From assembly GCF_022045235.1 (NCBI RefSeq), contig NW_027266286.1, positions 28,954,001-29,018,000 of the forward strand: a stretch of 64,000 bases of DNA, in the 5' to 3' direction. Position 1 is the stretch's first letter. Each line of letters begins with the position of its first letter. The translations under genes were made by a program, and so were the position numbers. This DNA is from Haliotis cracherodii. Taxonomy: Eukaryota. Below, in pieces: positions 51,053 through 63,901 of this stretch. The notes under the pieces were generated by a model. It searched no databases. It was not told the origin of the DNA and saw only the letters and a program-made list of their open reading frames with translations.

Positions 51053-51807
51053 CAACTACTTTAAAAGCTGCAGGTCCTGACTAAACTTCAGGCCCTCATT
51101 TTAAAAAATGTAGCTTATTGTGACACATAAATATACTGCAGGCCATCAGGACCCATACAAATTGGAAACTACGGGTGCGACACAAGATCCACCTACCACG
51201 GGCCTATGGACAGGCGCTTATTATGAACACTGTTCTCTAGTCTCCATTATAGTACATATATATATATATATAGTAAAAGACAATTTAACCAAAACATCTT
51301 CAAGAAATATTTGCATTTCAGAAACATAAAATAGCGCAGGGTAGTTGGAACTTTTATATTTCTATCCCTCCCTGCAGTAGCAGTAAGATAAGCAATGTAT
51401 ACATAACTACATGATATACACGCCGATCAGTAAACAACCACAACACAATATGTACAGCAACTAAGACTGGATAGAGCATCCATATTTCTAATCATGACTT
51501 CAAATTGTCAGACAATTTAACACAGCATACAGACAGCTTTGCATCTACACTGAAATATTAGCTTGAACATAAAATTCAAATCAGAAACACTACCACCGAT
51601 AAAACTCACAGTACAAGTAACTTGGTTACACAAACATAAACTCTACCTCCACAAATGTCAGCTTGTGTGAAGCTTCCCTGTGTGGTGCGTTACAACTCAG
51701 ACAGTAGGACGTGGAGAGCTACACCAAGTACATCCAGATTATGGCTGACAACTGTGAGACGGAGACAAGGATGGGCCGAATGACAGCGCTCACTGACTTA
51801 TGTCACT

Positions 51808-52165
51808 TACCTGAATTCATTGAATACACTACATTACCAGTCTGTCAGAATGTCCCATAGCACTGCGTTAGAAATTGGCACTCATCCTGTAGTCCTTGCC
51901 AAACTTCCCAATAGCATGAATAGTTAAGGTATCATAAGGACTAGAAGAAATTTGCCATTTTTATGGGTTTCGCTATATGTTATCATTATAAGGACTAGTG
52001 GACTAAAAATGTTAGTTTCTACCGCTGTCTAAGTACCTGAATTCATTGAATACACTACATCGCCAGTCTGTCAGAATGTCCCATAGTACCTGAATCCATT
52101 CAATAAACTACATCGCCAGTCTGTTAGAATGTCCCATAGTACTTGAATCCATTCAATAAACTACA
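51808..52165. repeat. 53-bp tandem repeat (~3.5 units) interrupted by a family C MITE (51863-52027)
   Basis: tacctgaattcattgaatacactacatcgccagtctgtcagaatgtcccatag on both sides of the MITE. Confidence 0.88.
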
Positions 52166-53268
52166 CCATCAGATATTTTACTCCAATATGATACGTCAAT
52201 GCATCAAAATCAGACAAGCTCTATTTAAGGGTGCATCTATACTGCAATGCGTCAAAATCAGACAAGCTCAATTTGAGTGTCAATCTTGAAATTATTTGGC
52301 TTATTTCTTTACCACTTTACCACACAGAACACATATCTATCCTTGACAGTACATCCTTTGGATGCTGATGTCACGGTGCTCGGAAACGTCAAGCAGCCAA
52401 TAACACAACATATATAACATAGACGTTAGTATTTTTCATTCACAAAGTCTGATTATGATCAGTTTCAAAATTCATAAATTACATACGCTGATATGTTTTG
52501 CTCGTTTGAGAATTTAGAAAGATGTAATTTAGAAAGAGCAGAAAGTTCGCCTGGCGTGAGTTTGTCAGATCTTCATGCAGAGAGGTATCATATCGAAGTA
52601 AGAGATCGGTTGTAAATGAGACTGGAAATTGCTTAGCTTAAAATAGTCACAAATATAAGAAAACAATGCCAGTATAATCTATTCACTGTTGACACCAGCA
52701 CCCACTATGGCATAGAAATGGATGGCGTAAGACCTTGATGTGTAAACATGTTGACATGCAATCACTGTCGACACTTCCCCCTCTCTCGGAGCACCTCACA
52801 AAATGGGAAGTAAACATGACCTGGCAGGACGCCAGCCCAGACTTAAAAAGGTGAAGATATTGGGAGTTGTTCAGCTGTGAATCTCCACAAAATGTTGCTA
52901 CGCATAACACCACATAACACCCTAACAACTATGATACTGGCCTACAGTAAGTGCCAAAATTTGCTCAAAATTGTGCTTTTTTTGTAAGTTCTTATTGTCT
53001 TAAGTTCAGAGATATTTTAACACTGTATTTTGATATTGCGACTATTAAAGCATTAAAACATCTTCCTATTTATTTATCACTGAAATAAAGTTTTTCTCTA
53101 CAAAGCCATGACATTAGTTATTAGTTATATGTATATCAACATAATTTTTTTCATTCAAATGAATTTTTAAGAAAAACCAACAAGTTGAGTCAGCTGATTA
53201 AAGAAAAGTGAAAACTACAAGCCGTAAGCTGCCCCAGTACTCCCTCAGCCTGTTGTAAATGACACACA

Positions 53269-53437
53269 TGAGTGAGTGAGTGGGTATGGTTTTACGCCGC
53301 TTTTAGCAATATTCCAGCAATATCACGGCGGGGGACACCAGAAAAGGGCTTCACACATTGTACCAATGTCGGGAATCGAACCCGGGTCTTCGGCGTGACG
53401 AGGTAACACTTTAACCACTAGGCTACCTGACTGCCCC
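53269..53437 (-). mobile_element. Family B SINE, full length
   Basis: Reverse complement of 468-632. Confidence 0.92.
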
Positions 53438-53936
53438 ATCGCATACATTAGACTTACGACACTTGGCATCAAGACTGCTTTGTGGCAAGGGTCAGTGGTC
53501 AACATGGTCAACAGACAAGAAGTGCATCATATGGCTCAATATGTGGGAACCAAACAACCAGCAGATCCTGACGGGGCTAAGGAACACAACCCTGCACCAT
53601 CAGCTGCACCACTACAAATCCATGAGGAGTGAAGGGAGCTGTATTGCAAGAAATACAATTTCACTTTGGTTGGCTGCCTGAACATAATTTTTTTTTAAAT
53701 CTGATCCAAGTGATGTTCCTTACATGAGGCAAAAATAGTGATTTACAATCAACTACAGTATTTTTTCCTTGTTTATAAAGTTTATCATGTTTATACAAGG
53801 ACAGAACAAATCTTTTTCAGATTTACAGATGAGCATGACGCACCGCCATGAAGCTGAGTGAGACACTCCTATATTATAGCATCTCTCTACTAGGCTGCCC
53901 AGAAGGGACTTCGGTTTTGGAAAGGTCCTCAGCAAC

Positions 53937-56432
53937 TAGGGCTGGGACGATTCACCGATACATCGATGGATCATGATACATTACAGTTCGATACGACTAT
54001 CGATTCGTGGGTCTATGTATCGATACAAAACGATACACAGCTGATATACTACGAGTAACAAAACGTATTTGCCGCTGTTTACATCTTCTGTTTTGTTCCA
54101 ACGCAGTCAGTAAAGAAAATAAAGCGATGATACAAGGGCAAATATGATTGGTTGATTTTCGTAGTACGACCAATCAAATGACTCGTATTAGTTTCAGCCT
54201 TCAAACGTGGCGGTGTACGGGCCAAGCCGTAGTCACGTCAAAATAGTATATATTTTTATGGACCTACCTGTAATATCATTCATTTATTAAATCTAACACA
54301 TTTCATAATGTCTGAAATACATATTCCAATTCAATTTATCATTTTTTATCGATAAATTAAAAAAATATTCACTAATTCCCGCGATGTTATTGAAATACGG
54401 GTCCACATCGAACATGTCAAAGAGCAAAATAAAGACGTTCTAAACAAATCTTTAAATATATTATACAAAGTAATAAAAAATATCAACAAAAAAATATCTA
54501 AAAGTAATCGAACTTACATCTTAGTTATTATTTCCATCTTTTCGTGCGATCGCGTGTAATGTAATTCAAATGACCACTCTCCTACCCAGAGTTCCATGCG
54601 GCCGGCAGCTAGCTAGCATAGTACCTCTGCCACAGGCCAGCACCATGTGACGATTGTCACATCTTTCACAGTCCATTCAAGATATTGTATATGCTTTTCA
54701 TCCGTTTCATGTTTGACAAATCTACACATTTTCATAAACAAATGTCAAAGAATGGTTAACTTTCATTGAGAAAGTATGCAAATACGTAAAAATCTACTTG
54801 TTTTTGCGAAGTTATCCTATGTTTACATTGGTTGTACGGCTCCATGTGCTGTCAATGAAGCCCAACGGAGAGCTAGCGACACGGTCACTTTGATGCATAA
54901 ATATATATTGTCATGCAACTCACTGTCGCAGTTGTAGTAGCATATCTATATAGTTATGCAAAACAATATGTAAAGCGCCCCCAAATACTTGCATTAGTCC
55001 GATTTCTGAAAAAGCACGTTTGTTTACAAACAAAAGAAAAGTCCGGCCATGTGATATGCAAATTAGCCTTTGGCAGTGGTGTTATGCTGAGTCACCACTG
55101 CGACGGAGTGTGTCAAATGACATCTCGGCTTTCGTCGCCTTGAATTCTCGGCTCGGACACGATGTTTGATGCAAAAATATATGCATGAAAAATCTTTGTC
55201 ACAGCTCGTAACCTAGCAAGATACGTTCACGAAGTTCCATATTTTTAATATATACCGTGATTTCCTGCTTAAAACATTTAGAATAGCACGATTTAAAAAA
55301 AAAATTGCGACAACTTCTAAAATTTATCAAACACGAGCTTGGTATCACAGCTGTAATTTGATTGGCTGCCTTAGGTCACATGCTCAAAACTGTCCATTCA
55401 CGAAACTTGTAGCAGATTTCGTCAAGAAAGTGTCATTACAAACCAATTTTAATCCAATGAAATCACTTGTTATAACTACGGGAAAAATGGTCAATGTTAT
55501 GAGAATGTAGATGAAGGAATAAGCTTTCCAGCGATGTGTCATATGCCATTCTTCGACGAACGTTTTATTCATACGAAGCCTCGAAAACAGGGGTATTTCT
55601 TCATGTTACTGAGCGGATTTTCCAATTACGTAAACAATGAAAATAAAACAGAAACAGGTAAGTGGATTTTATGAAATCTTATATTTGCCGAAAATCGTCA
55701 AGTTTTCACTTCCTTGGTCCTTAATCTGGATGTTAACCATGTTAACAACGTGTTAGCTTACATTTTTTATTTACAATGAACTTAATTAAGTTGTAAATGC
55801 ATTATTTTAAATAATGTGAAAAACATAACTTTCATATTTATAAACCATAGGATCAGGCCTTTCAAATGGTGTATAACATGTAGTGGCAAATATATTTTAC
55901 ATGCAGATATTTTCTTTGATAAATGTTGGCTTCATCTGTCACACAAGAGTCTCTGGGAACTCGGTGTCCCATCAGTAGACACTTCTGGTTGACTGGTGTT
56001 GAAAGAGTTTATGTTCAGACATCAGTTAAACATGTCTGACTTTGTGATTTACTAATTAGTGTGATGATTATTCAAGTTCAGAGTTTCTGACAATTTGCCT
56101 TTCATTGATCATTGTGAGAAAATCACAAACCAGTGGTTGTTTTTACCAAATAGTTCTGCTGTTCAGATGACATTTAGAATGCATTTTTATTGCAGAAAAT
56201 CCAGGTATTTAGTCAGGCTCCTTAACTCAGGCGTTTTGAGTTTTGCTATTGAGTGACATGTGCTGTGTTTGACACATGTTCTGAAGGAAAATTTGAGTTA
56301 TTTGATGAGAACTATTTTACATTAAACTTTCATCATCTTCCACCAGCTTGTGACATTATTTTTTGTATCGTACCATACGTATCATATCGTGATACATATC
56401 GTATCGTGACCTTGTGTATCGTCCCAGCCCTA
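53937..56432. mobile_element. Non-autonomous hAT element, 2496 bp (family G ends)
   Basis: Perfect 15-bp TIR tagggctgggacgat; perfect 8-bp TSD tcagcaac at 53929-53936 and 56433-56440. No transposase ORF. Splits an old family A copy. Confidence 0.93.
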
Positions 56433-57399
56433 TCAGCAACCTAGGTTAGTCCTGAAGGCGACCAAACTTCAGGCTTGGAGATTCGGGGAATAGCCTGTCA
56501 TCGTACCCCAAATGTATGGGATGTTGCTCATAATATCAATCACTGGTTCATCTGCCCAAGACTCAGTTATTTACAGGCCATCATCATATAGCTGGAACAT
56601 TGCTGTGTTGGTCATCTCCATGTTTAACTTCAGAGGAAACAGTCAATTTGGGGGAAAAATAACAAAGAATATAACTGATCAATTTCAGTTGCTATTTTCT
56701 ATACATTGCAGTGTGAAAAAATTCCATCAGTAATACACTGACAATCGGTACCTTACACATGTTACATGAATGAACAGATATACTACATCTGTATCAACAA
56801 AAACTCTCCATCAACTTCAAATGAAGAGGGTCACCGAGATAAATACTGAAGCATCATTCAGCTAGACTAACATCTAGTCTCTGAGATGATAATATTGTAC
56901 AGAAAAAACAGATGAAAATTATCTCAATAAAATATAACAAAGAGGAGCCCACGGACTCTTCATTTTCTGACACAGCAGTTATCTAGACTTGCATTTCAGC
57001 ATGTGGTAGTCCTAGTTACAGCCGAATACAGACACAGCAGCATCACCTAGCAGCATCACATAAAATCATAACACCATCATAAACTTTATTCACAGGTCAT
57101 TCAAATGAACAAAAGTTGGCAGTACTAAAAGTAGTTTTACTAGCAGTAGGGATCAGGAGTCCGGAAAATTTAAAATCCCAATCGGACATTTGCATTTAGG
57201 CCACGCCCCCTAGCATATTTTAGTAAGACTTTTCACACACATTACAAGTTACACATATTAATAATATATAAACAGTAAAAACATCGATATTCATGTTGTT
57301 TACATGCATAAATAGAAATATTAATAATAACAAGGCCATACTTTTCCTGCATCATCTATCGACAGACGGGTTTTGATATCTTGGATATCCATGTGTTGC

Positions 57400-58640
57400 C
57401 GCTGTATAAATGTCTGTTTCGTTTGCCCTTCCATCATCGTAGCGTCCGTCTAGGGTCAAAGTCGTTCAGTCTTGGTCCGCAAATTGAAATTCGCATCAGT
57501 CTGTCCAATGTTTCCATCGTCAAAGAGCATCTAAGTCGAGTCTTGATGAGGTTTTGTTTCGAAAAACCTCGCTCACACTCTACGCTGGATACGGGCAAAA
57601 TGCGTCCGACTTCCATTAGTTTTACTACATTAGGGAATATTTCTGTCAATTTAGAAGCATGGGCAGTAACTAACATCTGTCCATATGTCAACTGTCTGTA
57701 ACTGTTGTACACTAAAGGCCGAAATATCCCCCATTCTCTCTCCAGAGTGTCTTTGTCAACAGGTGTATGTCCTTGTCGTCTGCTACCGTAATGGCGTCCT
57801 AGAGTCGCTATACTCTCGTCCCCATAACTTGCCAAGTCACGTGTGTTGTCAGGATCAAGTGCACCAAATGAATCTGTTCGTTACATTGTCAACTAAAACT
57901 TGTACGCAGTCCCTAGCCCTATCAGTCAGTGTTCTGTCATGATGTGATCTTGTCATTGTCACATTTTCAAATTCGTCAGAATTGTCAGTCTTCGCCAGAA
58001 ATTCTCGTAACTTCGGTCCATATGTCGGTCAGGTACTGCCCCTTGAGTCCATCTAGAAAAGCGTCGAAAATCCTCCTCATGTCAGCGCAAGTCAAGTCAC
58101 GTGTCTGCAAAGCCCTACTTACAGCCCCCATCATACCAAAAACATCCTGTAGGAAAGCTGTCAAAAATCTAAATTTGTAAGTAGTCAATTGTCGTAGCAG
58201 AGAGTCTGCCATCATGTCCGTGTCACTGTTGTCCTCAAGCATGGCAATAAGGGCAGGCAAAGCTTTAGCACAGTTGTCTATGGCTCGTGTCATTGACAGC
58301 CATCTTACACGATGCACCTCCGATGGTCTAACTTGAGGTTCGTCCAGTAGATCCTGCCAAACCACATCTGAAGGTTTGATAAACACTTTGGGGAACGATT
58401 AGAAAAGGAACAAATAGTGTTCAATATACTCTCGTAGTATGATACCTCCTTCACAGATTTCACAACATCAACACATGCCAAGGCCAGTCTATGCGCAACA
58501 CAATGCATCTCAACAAGATGAGGACAGAAATACTTCATATTGCAGCCACGCAGCCCCGTTTGCCTGACATCACAGCAGCACCATCTGAACCCATCCCATA
58601 CACTTTCCCCAACACAACACCAGAAGCCGACAGAGGCATG
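57400..58640 (-). pseudogene. Decayed hAT transposase, ZNF862-like, 5'-truncated
   Basis: Motifs in successive frames: GMGSDGAAVMSGK, MHCVAHRLALAC, VRWLS, FLQDVF, and the C-terminal dimerisation region LPVSSVECERGFSKQNLIKTRLRCSL...LMRISICGP. Several frameshifts and a premature stop. The N-terminus is replaced by MITEs at about 58644. Possible terminus near 57147 (TAGGGATC). Confidence 0.9.
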
Positions 58641-58774
58641 GTTCAGGGATTTACCTTGACCTTCAAAACCAGGACCAGAGGACCCCCAATTACTAATTTC
58701 AAGGATCCATACAGGAGATATGAGGATCCTGTAAAGTAATGAAATGGTGTAGCGTACTGTACTGTAAGATTTAA

Positions 58775-59091
58775 CAGAGTAAGAAATTGACACTAGTCCT
58801 GTAGTCCTTGCCAAAATGCCCAATAGTTAAAGTATCATAAGGACTAGCAGGGTTAGAAACTAACAGTTTTTGGCCACTAGTCCTTATAATGATAACATAT
58901 AGCAAAACCCTTAAAAAAGGGCAAATTTCTACTAGTCCTTATGATACCTTTACCATTGGGCAGTTTGGCAAGGACAATAGGACTAGTGCCAATTTCTAAC
59001 GCTGACTAGTAGAAATTTGCCATTTTTAAGGTCTTTGCTATATGTTATCATTATAAGACTAGTGGGCTAAAACCGTTAGTTTCTACCACTG
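58775..59091 (+). mobile_element. Family C MITE containing an inverted family C copy (58848-59004)
   Basis: Outer TSD atttaa (58769-58774 / 59092-59097); inner TSD actag (58843-58847 / 59005-59009). Confidence 0.92.
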
Positions 59092-59094
59092 ATT

Positions 59095-60045
59095 TAACCA
59101 GAAAATGGCATTATCACTATCCCCCGCCATGGGGCACATCAGAATTTTGTTTGTTCATATAGTAGTGAATATGAGTGAGTGAGCGAGCTAGGTTTAACGT
59201 CGTTTTTAACAGTTTTCCAGTTATATCGCGGCATGTCAGCTTAATGTGGGAGGAAAGCCCGAACTGATGCAGGTCTCAGACGTTTACCACTTCGGTGAAA
59301 CCCACGAGCACGGGTATGGTGCTGACAAACCTAGAAACATAATCGGGGGAACCGGGATTCGAACCCACAATCATAGGTTTCTGGCGTGCCCAAGGGACGC
59401 AACTCTGTACAGCGAATCACGGCGCCTCAGACGACTGGGCCACCCGTGCCCCCTAGTAGAATATGAACTGTAAGAAAGAATCACATAAAGCCTTACTTGG
59501 TACTTGGGTCGCTTTATGTAATCAGAAAAAATTAATTAATATGAAATTAATACACACAAAAGGAGCCTTCTATGGACAACATAACTCAGTCTTGATAAGT
59601 ATCTCTAAGATGAGCTAACTTCAGTAGCTTCTGAGAAAACTTGCCCTCATGACACACACTATACACTGAGTAAATTAGCATGGATTAAGGGCCATAACTC
59701 TGTCAAACAAAAATTTACAGGACCAATTTTGAACTCTTGACAAGTATCTCTTAGATAAGCATACAATCTTTCATTCATGCAACTTTAGTAGATTCTGAGA
59801 AAACTTGTCCTCATTTCAAGCAGAATGCACTAAATTGAAAAGCATGTAACACCAATTTTCAACTCATTTGAGATCATGCCCAGTAACATCAGTGTGTAAA
59901 AGTACATTTCTCTGACTTTAATAGTTTTTTAGTTTTCTCCTTTGATAAGCCGAGGGATGAACTCTATTTTGAAGAGCAGACAGACGGACGAACAGAAGAA
60001 CTCCGTTTCCATTATCCCCGAGCCACTTCTTGGCGGGGGATAATA
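59095..60045 (+). mobile_element. Helentron/HINE-like element with a nested family E SINE
   Basis: 12-bp subterminal IR tatcccccgcca (59118-59129) / tggcgggggata (60031-60042), 3' hairpin, cagacagacggacg microsatellite, degenerate internal repeats. Confidence 0.75.
59173..59453 (-). mobile_element. Family E tRNA(Leu-like)-derived SINE, full length
   Basis: Sense head GGGGCACGGGTGGCCCAGTCGTCTGAGGCGCC...GTGGGTTCGAATCCC; (ACTC)n tail; approximate TSD tagtag(tg)aatatga. Confidence 0.9.
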
Positions 60046-61468
60046 ATTACCTTAATTGCAGGAACTTGATATTTCTTGTCAAGAATTTGGTACAATTCAT
60101 ATTATTGTGCATCCCTCGGGACGCAATATATATTATTTCTGCATCCATTCTATACATTTGTAAGCACTGGATGCACATTTCCGTATCTCATAAAACCCTG
60201 ATGGTTGTCAGAAATCCTAACGCAGAATTGTTTCAATTTCTGCACAAATATTCCAAAGTATCAGCAATACACCAAAATTCTATTAATCTTCAACTTTACA
60301 AAGATATTTGAAGTTTTAAAAGAAACAGACAAAAAAAGGTGAAAGCTGTATAACAAAGAAGCCTTGTGTTGAAGCAGGAAGAATTACTGGCAAACTACCA
60401 ATATTCTAATCTTCCCTGTAACACAGGCACTTCATTAATTCATTAGAGGCATGTAATAGTAAAGAGTGTACGTCTTTAACACACGGCATTGATTTCATCT
60501 GACAGTTTGGTATCTGCAAAGTTGATTACTAAAGTCTGTGGAGAATGTTTAAGCACGGCACTACATGCTGTGGGAATCCTTCATCATATATCTCACTTCC
60601 ATACAAGAATTCTTTACATTCACAACAAATCGACCAGGCGGGTGCAGATTTCTGTTTCCCATCAGAGAAATATTCCACACAGCACCAACTATAACACTAT
60701 GTAATTCATTCTACTGGTCCCTGATAAAATCTACTAGACTGGAGCCCATTGACCAGCATGTTTTTTTCTTCTTTTTCATCATATTCATGCAAGGATTTAT
60801 CGAGGCAAATTGGGAAAAATCATTATTAGGTTCAAAACTGGGATTTTTTAAACACCTTAATTTCTTAAATTCAGAGGTATATTAACATTTTTCATTCAAT
60901 TCAATAATGTAAAGCTAGCCATGAAGCTTTTTCCCTTAATTGGTCCGTATATCACAGAAATATATGTGATAAAATAACAAGAATTTGGAAGTTTTTCAAA
61001 GACACTTTTACTGACATTGGCTGCAGACTGGGAGCTGGTTATCGGCATCTGAGCCGATCTAGATAAATCTCTATCACAATCAATCATGACCATGATATCC
61101 CAATGAGGATTCTCAGAAGCAAACTACGCTTGTCCTATGAGGAAAATAAATAGATTGGGTTGTCAGTTTTGGTAGCCTGGGACATTACTCATAATATTAA
61201 TCACTGGCTTGTCTGGTCCAGATGCAATTATTTAGTGGCTGCTGTCATTTAGCAAGAATACTGTAGAGCGTGGCATTCAACAAACATTCACATGATTAAT
61301 GTATAATAGACTTTATAAACCAATTATCAAGTTTAATGATAATAATAGTCACTCATATAGTGCACAACTCCACACACAATGTATGCTATCACACAAGACA
61401 GTGGGAAGCTTTCCACTCAGTTTCAGCCACAAAGGAAAAGGAGCCATATTCTTCAGTCGTTACTTGTG

Positions 61469-62290
61469 GACCCATGAACATCCGGGTTTGAATTATCTTC
61501 CTGAGGCAAGGGAGTTAACTGACTTTAAAAGTCCAGTTTCCACCCTTGCCGAACTAGGCTGTTATTATGGAGTTATATTTTGGCTGGACTAATGAGTCTA
61601 TGCATAGTCCAATCAAAATCTCGTAACGAAACCGAAATCTGCTTTGTAAACTGTCGTGCAGATTTCGGTCGATGCAGGATTTGCAAAGGATGTGCACCGC
61701 CAACTCGGCATCAGCAGATATTTTCCAAATATTTTCATGTTTTTAATCAAGGTGCTCACATGATTTGATGTACTTTATGATGTAAGACCCGTTTTATCAC
61801 AAGATAGATCTTGATTATTGATCAGATTTTCTTGACAGGGTGCCGCCATTTTGTTTGAAGCAAATGCAAGTGATACAAAAGGTGGAATTTGATTGGTCAA
61901 TAGGAGAGGCATAGTAGGGACACAACTCTTAATAACCACTGGTGGCGCTACCATCATGCCCAGAAATTCCAGTCTACAGTTAGGCAAGGGTGGAAACTGG
62001 ACTTTTATAGTCAGGCAACTCCTTTGCCTCAGGAAGATGGGTTGGAATTGGTCTGCAACAACCCATGCTTGTCATAAGAGGCAATTATGCTTGTTTTAAG
62101 AGGTGGCTAACGGGATCGGATGGTCAGACTCGCTGACTTGGTTGCTGCATGTCATCGTATCATAATTGCATAGAATGATGCTCATGATGTTAATCACTAG
62201 ACTGTCTTGTCCAAACCTAATTATTTACAGACCGCCGTCATATAGCTGGAATATTGCTGAGTGTGGCAGTAAACAACAAACAAATAAACA
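61469..62290 (+). mobile_element. Family A retroposon split by a family I Mutator-like MITE (61494-62039)
   Basis: 9-bp TSD ggtttgaat/ggttggaat; family A sequence resumes in register after the MITE. Confidence 0.9.
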
Positions 62291-63493
62291 AATCTTTACT
62301 TGCAATTTTTAGATAGACCCCTCCACCTCCATCATGTACATCCTAGTAATGTCCTGCTGGTGGGTTGTGTGATGTTGCAGACATGCTATCACGCATACCA
62401 CCGAGACAATTGGCAATCACAATTATGTGACACTGCAGTCCCATCAGACACGTGGCCGACAGTCCTGGCCGGCAGCCAGCATCACATGCCAGTGCTCCGT
62501 CAACAGAACCCCAAGGGCACTGACCTAACAGAACCCTCCAATTATTATGATGGCCCCTATCATTGAAGCATGATGGTCAATAACAGATGGAGGATCAGGT
62601 CAACAGGTTTCACTAATGACCACTCATTATTAATGCATAGATTTACCATCGAGGATGTGAACAATCATGGATGGAACTAATTTTCCATTTTCCAGATCAT
62701 CAGTAGTGCTGAAAACTTGTTTGTTTTGTTTGTTTATTGTTTAATACTGCACTCTGCATTATCCCAGCTATACGTTTGCTGCCTGAAGCTAATCAAGTCT
62801 GGATCAAGCAATCCACTGGACCAGTGATCAATGTCATATGCAATGACTCATACAGTAAGGGTACCTAATTACGGAAAATAACGCTTTCTCGTTTTAAATG
62901 TGTTATTCGAAATTAAGCCCAGGGCTCAATTTCAGAAGCGCTAACGCTTGCTTACCTAAATAGGGGACAATCTTTGCTGAAAAAATCAGAAACTGTTAAG
63001 TTGTTTTAACTCAGAAAATATATAATATGAATTTTAACTTTAAACCGAAAATAACTTCATAAAATGCAAACTTGGAACGTGCACTTGTTGAATGCACATT
63101 AAGATTTGCATCGCCACGTATTAACTTTCAAGTTATGAATTTAAGGAAGATCACTCCAAAATAAATATCCAACTTGAATTTCATAGGCCTACATATGGAA
63201 TTATTTCAGTTTTTAGGTCTGTGAGTGTAATTACGTAAGAGCCTAAATACGGGAAGTCCCACTATGATGAGACACAATCAACCAAGTCAACAAGCCTCAC
63301 CACCCAATTTATCCTATCCAGAATTTGCATTTTTAAAGTCAATGTTTTGTTATATTCAGAGAAAGATGCAATCTGGGATTGGCAAACCAATAGCATGATA
63401 GCATGAGAACCATTCCATACCACCTAGACATGATGACACACAATAAGACAGGTTCCACATCACCACCACTCAATCCTCTACAGTGAACTAATG

Positions 63494-63748
63494 TTGTTTG
63501 TTGTTTAACGTCGCGCTCAGCAATATTCCGGCTATATGAAGGCAGTCTGTAAATAATCGAGTCTGGACCAGACAATCCAGTGATTGACATCATGAGCATC
63601 GATCCACGCAATTGGGATACAATGACATGCATCAAACAAGTCAGCTAGTCTGACCACTCGATCCTGTTCGTCGCCTTTAATGACAGCACAGTCGCCTTTT
63701 ACGGCAAGCATGGGTTGCTGAAGACCTCTTCTACCCCGGATCTTCCCT
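63494..63748 (-). mobile_element. Family A retroposon
   Basis: 10-bp TSD tgaactaatg at 63484-63493 and 63749-63758. Confidence 0.93.
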
Positions 63749-63901
63749 TGAACTAATGGCTACCAAAATAAGCATGGAGTAATGAGAACCTATTTGGTCC
63801 CTGAATCTTCACAGGGAAGACCTAGGGGTGCCAAGACTCAAGTACTGTTGCAGAAAACCTCAATAAACTCATCCTGATGAGCATGATAATTTCTAACATG
63901 A

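Noticed and set aside
52341-52395. Minimal hammerhead ribozyme (ctgatg...gaaacgtc)
   Set aside because: Core reads CUGAUGU rather than CUGANGA and stem II is poor; at most a decayed Penelope-type remnant. A similar weak hit near 21100-21135 (-) lacks the GAAA.
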